From Balanoglossus misakiensis (lineage: Eukaryota > Animalia > Hemichordata), in contig CM082595.2 in NCBI GenBank assembly GCA_040954595.2, positions 7,058,193 to 7,122,192 of the forward strand: DNA of 64,000 nucleotides, read 5' to 3'. Positions within the stretch are counted from its first letter, which is position 1. Each line of letters starts with the position of its first letter. Positions 12,647-24,206 of the stretch are shown one piece after another. The position numbers and the translations under genes were made by a program. The notes below the pieces were generated by a model. It saw nothing but the letters and a program-made list of their open reading frames with translations, made no database searches and was not told the DNA's origin.

Positions 12647-15600
12647 CTGCTAAAGCTTTCCTCTGATCGGCCAATTTCCCAATTTCTTGAATTTCCAATT
12701 GTTGTTCTGCAGTTAAACCACTTATTAAGGCGTTATACCAGCTGGGATCTTGCACTTGTAAACCTATTGTAGAAGAACAAATCATTGTTAATGACACAGT
12801 CCCCACTGGACCAATACACTATTCGAGGACTGACATCAGTTCAAGAACTTCAAAATGGCTCTGACAAGATTTCTCACAAAGCAGGCAAATTCATATGAAT
12901 CTGAAGCTTATTTGGTATAGAAGACTATATTGCTGATGATAGTCAAGGAGTTAATGAACAAATCTGCTTGATTCACAATTCAACAATTTTACATCCTGCC
13001 ATTTTTTTACCTTGTAACACTTCTTTAAATACCATGTATTCATCAATTGGACAGTCTTCATCATCAAGAGGCGTGTTGTAACTTTCCAGAGCGGTTTCTT
13101 CATAGCCTTCCTCATCATCGTCAAAATTCCTGTCACCAATCTGTTGCCAAGGAAACAATAATTCTTATGCCAAAATGTTACTTGTAATTTTTCCTGTGTC
13201 AATTACTCTACGGAGAAATTGCAATCATAGTGGACACCGCCCTCTAGAGAATATACCAGCTTTATTTAAAAAAGGACCAAGTTTAAAGTTATCATTCCAG
13301 CTGTGTTCAGACAGTTAGGACGAGCGCCCTCTAGAGGGAAGCAACTGACTCACCCTCTTCGCTAACATATCCATGTATTCCTGCGACGTCTCGTCTACTT
13401 CATCTTCATCACTTTCTAAGACTTCTTCGTAATCTTCATCCTCATCTTCCTCCTCGTCATCACTGTCCCCCTCCTCTGCCTGAGCCCTACCTGTCAATGT
13501 AATAAAAGAGAATGATGTTACAAGTTGTGATTGTAACAAAATACTGTAAAACAGGAATTTTTTACAGACTTCACGAGAGCCAAAAAACCACAAAAATAAA
13601 AAGTTGCATAAAACAGTTTTTGAAGATAACGATGCAGTTAGTGAATTACGAGAACGCAAAAATGAATCTCCACTAAACAGTTGCCTCTTATTAACATGTC
13701 GAAATTTCCTGGTTTACAGTATATATTATTTTGTGTACGATATATATTCAAGCAGAAAATGCCATACACGTTCAACTGTACAAAGCACAGTGAAATTGGA
13801 TGTAGCAAATATGCATACTTACTTTCATAGGCTCTGTGAAGTCCTTTGAATATTAGCAAGAGTGCTGGCAGAAACTGAGATGCAAAGGAATTGACATGCA
13901 GTTTCTGGTCTCGATGGCAAACTCATCAATGTACAAAGTCCAAGTGCACAGATTTTACGATCATGTAAGCTACAAACAAATAATAATTATAACATAGTTA
14001 CATGCCATTCTAAAGTCCCGGTCACTAGTCAAATCATCAATTTTGTCCATTAATCAGTTTTCATTTCAGATCATATGGAGCCAGTCAATTTTTCAACATA
14101 AATAAAATTATTTCAAGCAATAAAATGGTAACAATACTCATGTTTGTAAAATTAATATCATTAGGGTTGGACATCATGGTTCAACACTGGTTTCATTATA
14201 AAATTTCTTTCATAGAACTGGTGAAATGACAAACAATGATATAAAGATAGTACTGAACTCACCCGAGAAAACAGTCAGTGTCATGGAACCACTGCTTGAG
14301 GAACTGTTCAGTGATAGATTGGTCTGAGTTTGGAAGCCTCATTTTTTCTAAAATTTCTAAAAGTAAGACTGGATTGTAATAGAGGGCAGCCACTACGACT
14401 TGTAGACACATTGTTCTGAGTTCACTAATGTCTTGACTTCCCGCGTCAGTCGCTCTAAAACTAATTCTATGAAGGATGGGATTACCTGTCGGTGAAATGA
14501 GAAAAAAATAATTACTTCTGATTTTACTGAAAAATCTCCTGTGGCAGAGATCTTAAATGGATCCACACCACCAGTCTGTGGAGAACAAAGTTCAACTTGT
14601 TCCATACACCCTTTTCCCTAAGTCTCTAATGACCCGAGCAGCCATCTTGAATATGAACTGAAAGCGAGGCTAATGGGGAACCCCCCCCCCCCCCCTTGAT
14701 GTGATTGGTCAAATTTTCCCCATTGGCCTCGATTGAGTTCAAATTCATAACGGCTGTGTTAGGGCACTAGACTTATGAAAAGGGTGTATCCATGTCAGCT
14801 TACCTGATCTATGAGTCCTTTGTACTGTAATAAAATAACTTCTAACAACTTGGCAGCATGGCATTCAGAGTCCTCGCCCGCATCACCTTTGAAAATCTGC
14901 AGAAAAAAGGCAACAGTGCTTGAAAAACAAAGTATTATCCCCTTGGGATCTGCTTGGAACAAACCACTACTATCTAAGACTTGTCACCAGCAAAGAACGG
15001 TCTTGATAAAGGGAGGGGGTTGCCTCATACAGGTTACTCACTCTTTTGCAGATATTGTAGATGACTTCAATGTGTTTCGCATCAGATATAAATGCCTGTG
15101 GATCCACTATGATGTAGTTGTGAAGAGCTGGCATCATTTCTACAGCAAACAAGAACCGAATATGTTCAAATAAATTTAAGACAGGTAAGATTTACAATTT
15201 TAAGACCTCAGGAAATTTTCCGAGGATTTATTTTCTGAAAGATGACAACAGATTGTGTTGAAAGGGTGAATATCTTACATTAAGTTGAATGGATGAACTT
15301 ACCCAGGAAGAAATCAAAGCCGTCTTTCTGGAACATGTCGTACATCATGAAGAAAACTTGCCATAAAGGCCGTGAAATGTGACTACACGTAAGACTAAAG
15401 ACCAATGACAAAACTTCCTCATAAAAATCTGCAAGACAAAAAAATCATACAAAAAATGTTATAGATGCTTTCAATTCGTCTTTTCTTTAAGAATATTGTA
15501 AGTTTAAACATTTCTTATCATTCACTTGTCTGTCAGTTCCGAGTAAAGTTTCTGGCGGTCAGGAATCAACAAACATTTTCTAATTTGCGGCAAAGGTTCA

Positions 15601-17162
15601 CTTGAATTTTTCTTCTCCATTATTGGAAGCCTACTCACCCATCACATTTTGTTGTAATATTGTTCATATAACACTCAAAACAATTTCCTCTATCTGCATC
15701 ATAATCTGTGAAAATAAATGCAAATGAAAAAATCCCCATAATTATTAGAAGAAATGCCATCAAGAGGGATGATCATGGTTATATGTTGAAATTCAAAATG
15801 GCAACTTCAGTTGCCATAGTGATTTTCAAAATGGCTACTTTGAATATACTACATTGCTCCTGGTTCTGAGACAATCGCATTTGAAACACACATTGAATGG
15901 ATTATTCTTATGAAATATGTTCAGATTTCTTAACAATGACAATTATTGTTACAATTACTCTCCATTTCAATAATTCACCTCTTTGTGATCCTCCATGACA
16001 GTAAGAATTGTCTCTATAGTGTTGAGAATTCCCATTGCCGTAATGGCCTTATCTTCAGTCTGGTCTTCTGCATCTACGACCTGGTTGAAGGTGACAGCCT
16101 GTTTAACCAACAAAAAAATGGTTATTGCATTATCACATGACACAGGCTGGCAAGACAAGATGGTGCAGAATCAACATTCAGCAGAGTTTAAATGCAGCAG
16201 GAAAAGAAATGTGTAATTCGTTCCAGAAATCTTAAAACTGGTTGTGTGGGTACACTACAACATTCTCAGCCTGATGTATCGAGAATTTGTTGCTCCATGA
16301 AATACCACCACCAAACTATCAAATTTACCGAAACCTATGACTTACCAAATTCCGAGTAATTTCTACAGCTATTGGTATGATGTCATCACCATCATAGGTA
16401 CAAATCAGTTTTTGCATCACATTGGTCAAATCATCGTTTTTTGTTTCTCTGATGACGTAGAGTAAATAAAAGAATATTTTCATGTTTAGTTTTTCAGTTT
16501 CTGAGGACAATAATGCTATTATCTATGAAGGAAAATGTTGTTCTTTTGTCAAAAATTTTCATGGTTGACATTTTATCATTATACAATAGCATATATGTAG
16601 TCAACTCATTTTACGGGACTTTTGCTGTAGCGTTTTCAAATCCCAACATTTTCCACCTCCATACGGAGCACACATCAACAAATATTTTCTGCCAAACCTA
16701 CCATGTATAATATCCTTCACGTGTCCCTGTAAATATTATTTGGCATCATCCTGGTTTGTGATGAGCATCTGTAGAGCGATGGCTGCCTCCACTTTCACTG
16801 GCATTTCTATCTCTTCACACAGACATTTTCTGCTGAGTTCCAACGCTTGTATCAAGTTCTTCTTGTCTTTGTAGTTGATTTCGCTGAAGTAGTGCAGCAC
16901 CCAGTTCGCCTGTGTGAAGCATGTCAGATAACGTGGCGTGAAATCAGGTCAATAATCATTATCATACAAGAGAAACAATTACCAGGTCCATGAAACAATA
17001 GATAATAACAATAATTGTATATGGTTGCTACAATGAAGGATCTGAAGCAAAATATTACAGAATCGAGCCTACCCTTGCTCTCATGTAACCAAAGTCACTG
17101 TGGAATTCTGGGAAAACGTGCAACGTTAGCAACAGCTCCATCTGCTCTTTGTATTTCTTTTT
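12647..17162 (-). pseudogene. IPO7: Importin-7 (RanBP7)-like partial pseudogene, copy 1
   Basis: Exons translate to [128 protein letters not shown], which is the IPO7/8 C-terminal part. Lesions: TAA at 16736-16738, lost acceptor near 16465, frameshift near 14428, 4-nt insertion near 13898, last exon deleted. Confidence 0.92.
14604..14789. mobile_element. Small fold-back MITE in an IPO7 intron
   Basis: Ends atacacccttttc / gaaaagggtgtat, with internal arms also self-complementary around a poly-C centre. Confidence 0.65.
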
Positions 17163-17634
17163 CTGTTGGCGGGAAAAAAAATATTTCAACTTTATTTGTG
17201 AAAATTACAGTTTAAAGACATTATATTAGAAAATTTATCATATTTATTATGTGCGATAATATTCAGTTCAGTCTCATCACATTTGCTGGTAGATTCTATC
17301 AAAACAGAACATGTAACTTTATTTTGAGCCACCGTTTCTAAAATATCATTCATTCACTATATATCCACATGTAGAATAACATAAATGGTGTCTTGTATCA
17401 AACATTATTAATGGAAAAAGGGTAGGGAGAGAGAGACTTTGTCCCTTTAATTGAATTCGCCTATATATCGGCAAACAGGCTCCCTCCCTTACAGTGAAGT
17501 GAACACCGTGAAGGTCTGAACCTAATGTATCATTAGGCAGATTCTGGTGATGCTTCAGGTTAAACATGTATACCGATAGCGCAATGAAAGAAAGAATAAA
17601 CGTGTACATGTGTATCTCTCTTTTCTTCTTCAAG

Positions 17635-17789
17635 GTATGGACGCTTGAAGTCTATCTTCTCAGCTTTGCTTGTCCAATCCGTTTTTTGTTTTGTGGCGGC
17701 GCTGTCACCAAACCTTGTCTTATTTATGTTGTGTCAGTTCATCATCGGGTTCACCTATCCAGGAATCTTTATTGCAACGTTTGCATATG
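17635..17789 (+). pseudogene. Orphan SLC22 (organic cation transporter, MFS)-type exon
   Basis: ttcttcaag|...|gtaag flanks, 155 nt, translating to YGRLKSIFSALLVQSVFCFVAALSPNLVLFMLCQFIIGFTYPGIFIATFAY (MFS motif A tail plus two TM helices). No neighbouring transporter exons seen. Confidence 0.7.
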
Positions 17790-20700
17790 GTAAGAAAATC
17801 TGTATACATTGTATGTATATAAAAGTAGGGTAGTAGGAGAAACGAAAGGCGGTATAATCTCTACAACGCTGTTTCGTGAGTCTCTGGGTGATTTCGGACT
17901 AAACTACGCCACTTACCCACACAGAAACCATCTTTAAAAGACAAAACAGGCAGCATATGACAGAATCGGAGGCGTTTTCGTCAAGTTTGTTTAAAGTTTT
18001 GAAGCTTCCGGGTTCTGGGTATCCTGTGACATTAGCGTAATATACGCAGTACGCAGTTACGCGCACAGAAATTCGGGTCAGCTTTCATCATTCATGACTC
18101 AACAAACAAAAATTAAGTTTATAAGTTTGATTTTTATTCTTCATCGGTTTAAGTTTCCAATTTCTCTATCTATGCTAGAAAGCGCTCTTATACAGTCGCA
18201 TTCTGGGCTCTGTTCGTGTGACGAATGGTGGGCTAACTTTAAAAATACAACAGGATGAAATGAATCATTCTGCGGGCAATGTTGTCCGTTTCGTCAGCTA
18301 ATCAAAGATTATAACCGTCTGGGGACTACATGCCCCCACTTCACACACGACTGACGTAATCAAGCTTTGCGTTATCTGCAAAGTTGGTCTCGGCAAACAC
18401 GACAATGTCACGGCTGACAAAAATGTTCTGCCGATAACCACTGCTTGGCTCAGCGCTGACCGTCAACCCAGACTGGACTCTGCCTGCTGAGGGCGCTAGT
18501 CACTGTCCCATCCTCGTACCCCGGTTCTCGAGAGTGCACGATAATACACCAAACAACAGAAATGGCAAAATTAAGGGACCTCCATGACCAAACTATGGAG
18601 TCCTGACTAGACCAACTGATCTCAACTATTGTTTGTGGCTGTACATTAAGACATAAACACATTGTTTGTCATATATACAAAGTAACAACCACATTGTTTC
18701 TGAGAGTTTTAAACCAGAAATTGCCCCTAAATTATACTATTTTGCTATTGGCTATCCATTCACCTTGATATGAATAAAAAACTTCAATTTTGTGGACTGA
18801 CATCATACATATTTTATGTACATACATACATACCAGTACATACATGTACATGTATACACACATGCCTGCAAGAACTTGCACACATACCATACACAAATAT
18901 ACCGGTATACTGGTACATACACCATCAATCTTGTATTGGCAAATTACAATTAATCAGAAGCACCTACACTTGCTGGAAAATGTCTATGTTTACAAAAATA
19001 TACCGGTACTACATGATTCAATGCAAAATATAAGCTATAATACTATACTTGTTGGCATTTATTGGTATTTTTTGCTGTAAATTTGGAAATTAACAAGATT
19101 TTACTTTGTTAATAGTGAGACAGTTGAAGCTGACCTTATTTGACCTTCCCCTCATTACATAGGATGTCAACAAATCTCAAAGTGAAACTTAAAAACAATT
19201 TCTACTTTAAGTTGAGCGGGCAACGATAAAAGTTTAAATCACTAAAGAATATCAAAAACATTAGTGAAAGGTACTAATAAATCTTGAGTTCATGAAGCTG
19301 TAGGGCATTTTTTTCAAAGGTTTTTAGATTTTTAGAATAATACTGACATGTTTTAAATGGAGACTGGCAACTGAACTTTGACAGTGCCTGGATCTCCACC
19401 GTGTTGGGCCACTGTAAGTAAACTCTTTGTTTTGCACCCTCATGCAAATAGTTTGTTGTTTTCTTTTGTTTTTTTGAAGATTTTCTGACCACAAAAGTCT
19501 GTTACAAATTTTACATAATTTGCTCAAATCACCTGCAAGGTTGAGGTGTATGTGTTATGAACAATGAATTTGAAAATTACTGCTTGAATCTTGAATGAAT
19601 ACTTCTCTGACAAGGATCCAAAATATATGAATTCCATGTACAACTGTATTATCTGCAATCGACCGTATCTGACCTTTACCTCATATATCCAACTGTCCTG
19701 TTGACAAACATTAAATGGAAATCCAACAGAAAGAAATATATTTGAATTGAATAGAAGATGACAAAGTTGCAGTCACCAAAGAATATTTAAAACATTTGAT
19801 GATGTTTTAGTTAGTTGCAGTGAAACATTGTAAAAGTTAATAACTGAACTTCAATTACTGACATGTTCTAAATGGATGATGTCAGTTGAACTTTGATAGA
19901 GTCCCAGACTAGATGTACAACACAGGTATTTACTCAGATCACATGACAAGCGTGCTTGGTATCTCGAGGTACAAAAAATCTGACTCAGCAACTTTTTTGC
20001 CATTTTTTCCCGGTGAGCATGTCACCTGCAGAGCGCTAATACAGTTGTGTGCCTCAGGACAGAATTTCTACTTTGTGAAGGAATCAACTTATCTGTTACA
20101 ACACTAAGAGGTATGTTGCATTGAACTTGGTGATTTTCTGTCTTTTTCTTTCAGTCCTCAAACTCAAGCCACACCTTTTTAATTTTCATGTAACAGAAAC
20201 ACACCTTTAAAAAGAATTCTATTGGAAATAACTTAACAATTAAGCGTCCAAACTTTTCTTGGCTTTGAAAGATGACCAGAATATTGTGAATACCAATATA
20301 CTTGTATTAATTTACATGTGACTAATACCACTTATATCACATGTATAAGGATTGAAGCTCTTACTTGTGAAGGAATATCATCCACTCTTTACAACCATTT
20401 TCATATGTATGTAAAGTGTACTGAAACTGATGATTTATTATCTTGTGTTTTAACTGAAGATATTGAATATATATAAATGACATTGTTATTATGTTAATGC
20501 CAGAGATTCCAAACTCTGATATCAAATCTACAACACAGGTATGTGACAAGTACTGAGCAGCTCGTACGGTACTCGATCGGAACCAAACTCTGGGATTTCT
20601 CCTCTTTTTGCCAGTGGGAGCTACTCAAGCTTTGTATGGATTGAATGGATTGAAACTCTAACTTCTGAAGGAATCAACCTCTCTGTTACAACATTACTAT

Positions 20701-21676
20701 AGGTATGTTAAATGTATAGAAGTTTGTGATTTATTGTCTTGAAATTCTGTCAGTCCTCAAACTCAACGACTTCTTCATCTAACAGAAACACACCCTAAAA
20801 AAGAATTCTATTGAAAATAGGTCACTTAACACTTTTCATGATTTGAATTCATGGGTCTGAACAATGTCTATGATTCATCAATGTAAAAACTTAATCAGTA
20901 ATAACTATAAAAGGGACAATTATTTTCCCCAATGTGATACAGTATAGGTTATACAAAATATTTAGTGCATGCATGCACTTTTGGAGATATTGCGAACAGC
21001 AAACTGGTGATAGTGTCCTGTGTCAATATGTAACAGGTACAACAACAGGTATCACATGAAAATCACATGCAGTACTCATGTAAGCCTAGAACCAAACTCG
21101 ATCAAAGACGTGATTTTGCCTCGTGAGCACTAACTTTCATGTCGTGTGAGAAAATTGTCTGCACTTTTACAGCCTTTGTTAGTATATTACAGTATTTTAT
21201 TGACAGAAGTGATCATTTCAACAGCCTTCTACCCCTCAAATTCAATGCCTTCAAATTATTTGTTGGTATCACAGAGCGAATTTTATCTAAATAAAATTCT
21301 ACTTTAATTCTACTTTGAAATTCTGTCGACCACTGTAAGTTTGTTTTTGCCAATTACGATTATTAAGCCCTAACTTTTCTATCAATCATACGTACACATG
21401 ATACTATCATGCAGAGTAAGGTTAATATTTAATCGTACATGTTGTGGTCTGGTTTTACACAGACAGTGACCTCATTTGACCTTTAGGGAGCTGTCTTTAA
21501 TACAGTGTCACATCACATACCAGTATACCCTACATCCACTGAATCAACTGCATTGATTTTGTCCATTCTCGATACAAATGATACACGATCACATCATCAC
21601 CACAATCACTGGTCGACTTCTCATATTTATAACTATACCCAGGTACAATATGTTTCTTCCCAGCAGGAATGTAATT

Positions 21677-24206
21677 ATGTCAGAACCATCTGCAGCACTG
21701 GTTGTATTGAAATCATGGGACAAGGAGGCAAAAACCTCCCAACCAACTCAAGCTATAATCAAACATCTCAAAGAAAACACACTCCAGTCTGAGAACGTTT
21801 CTGAATTCCACTGTACTACCCTTGAAATTGAAGTGAGTGAAGAACAAAAGAAAGATGCAGAGAGTGTTAGTGCTACTTTGATCTCAGCTGTAAGAGACAA
21901 GAGATTGGATCCTCATGAAGACCCCCCTGCAATAAACTGGCTTGTTCACCATGATACATACTTCCCAGGACTGAAGGAACTGAAAAACATCCAACATGTA
22001 GTCGGATATTCTCCTCAGACACAAACTGCAGCCAAAGCAATTCATGAAAGTCTCTTCCCTGAAGCCAAACTTCACCAACTCAGACTTCCTGACCCACCAC
22101 CTGTGGCAGCATTAATTGTCATGCAAACCTGGCAGACAGAATCAGAAGATCAGACAACAACACCAAGTCACCAGCTTGTCACAAAATTTCAAGAAGAAAC
22201 CCTGAAGACAGAGAAAGTTTCTCAATCCTACTGTACTACACTTGATGTTGTTGTGAGTGAAGAACAAAAGAAAGATGCAGAGAAATTTGATGTTACTTTG
22301 ATCCCAGCTATAAGAGACGAGAGGATGGATCCTTCTGAAGACCCCCCTGGAGTAAACTGGCTTTTTCACCATGGTACATACTTCCCAGACTTGAAGGGGC
22401 TGCAAAACATCAAGCATGTAGTGGGAATCTCTCCAAAGACAAAAAATGCAGCAGCCGCAATTCACGAAAGTCTTTTCCCTGAAGCCAAACTTCACCAACT
22501 CTCACTTCCTGAACCACCAGCTGCAGCGTTACTGCTACTACCAACCTGGGACACAACCTCAGAAGGGCCGATTGCAAAACCAAGTCATATGCTTGTCAAT
22601 GAGTTCCATGAAATGATAAAGTCTGAGAATGTTTCTGAATTCCTCTGTACTACCCTTCAAGTTGAAGTGAGTGAAGAACAAAAGAAAGATGCAAAGCGTG
22701 TGAATGTCACTTTGATTCCAGCGAAAAGAAACAAGTGGTTGGATCCTCATGAAGACCCCCCTGCAATTAACTGGCTTGTTCACTATGGTACATACTTCCC
22801 TGGACTGAAGGAACTGAAAAACATCCAACATGTAGTCGGATATTCTCCAAAGACACAGAATGCAGCCAAAGCAATCCACGAAAGTCTCTTCTCTGAAGCC
22901 AAACTTCATCAACTCCATCTTCCAGATCCACCTCCTGGAGTATTATTTGTGTATGACGACTGGAACAAAGAAGATTGTGGCTTGACTGGGTTTCACAGAA
23001 CTCTTGTACAAGATTTCTGTAAAAGGAAAGTCAAAGAAGGAAGAGCTTACTCCACTCTGGTTGGTGTCAAAGTAAGTGATGACCAGAAGGCAGATGCTGC
23101 CAAGTGTCGGGTTACATTGATTCCAGCACAACAACCAGAAGACAGAACTGCAGAGCCAGAAGAAGATCTGCCACATTTAAGATGGCTGTCATATCATGAA
23201 ATCTACTACCCTCACCTCAGACAGCTACAAAACATCAAGTATGTTGTTTGTTATGCTCCGAGGACTGGATTCGCTGCTGCAAATATCAGAAAAAAATTGT
23301 TTCCTGATGCAGAACTAGTGATGATCAACCATGCCTATGAAGAACCCAACTGTCGGTTGAAACAACCAAAAGGAAAGTTAAGTGAAATGATGCTGAAGCT
23401 GGCCAGTGAAGCTGATATCATATTTTCTATTGGTCCAAGCATGTACGAGCATTTCCAGAACGAATACCGGGCTACCTTTGATGGCAGGGAACTACACATG
23501 ATCCCTCATGAAGAGATTTTTCCCAGACCTGCTGAAATCTTTTTCAAGAAAGACCCAAAGTTCCTAGATGGAGTGACTACTCACAGCATACTGACATACG
23601 GGCAGATTGATACACAAGAAGCCTTGGACAGATGTGAGACAATAGCAGCTGCTATTGGAATTGTAGCAAACCGACTGAAAGATTTGTTACGTGACAAACT
23701 TCTGAATTGGTCAATACGTGGAGCAGGCGAGGCTGAATCGAAGCATATTCTACAGCAGATGAACAATGTAATGGCAGATCTTCACCCAGAATACTCAGAA
23801 ACGACCTTACTGAGAGTTCTGCATCAATCCCATAGCTGTTTTCTTGCCCCGTTCTACGAGGATTATCCCTTTTGTGGTTTAGAAGCTATAGCTGTTGGGT
23901 TACCAACCTTTATCTATAAATATTCCCAGCTTGGGCAGTTGGTCAACAAGTACTTTCCAGCAGACATTGTACAAAGATTTGTGATTTCTAACCCTGGACC
24001 CAATGAGATTTCAGAGAAGATAACATGGGTTGTCCAGTATACCAAGTTAGCTTTTGAAAAAGCTAAGGATCTGAAGAAGGCTTTCATGGAGAGTGAAGAT
24101 GTTAATAGAAGTTATGGTGCATTTGCTAGTTTGTTGACACCAAACCAAAGAAGCGAAGATGAAGGTGGTCTTGACCAGTGCAGCAAGGATACAACAAATC
24201 CTGCAG
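21677..24206 (+). CDS. Copy B large exon: three ~138-aa repeats followed by a GT-B/GT4-like glycosyltransferase domain
   Basis: EEQKKDA at ~21840, 22260, 22674 (period 414-420 nt). The fourth module DDW...GLTGFHRTL...LVMINH...ADIIFSIGP continues into a C-lobe with EDYPFCGLEAIAVGLP (EX7E motif of GT4). Confidence 0.8.
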
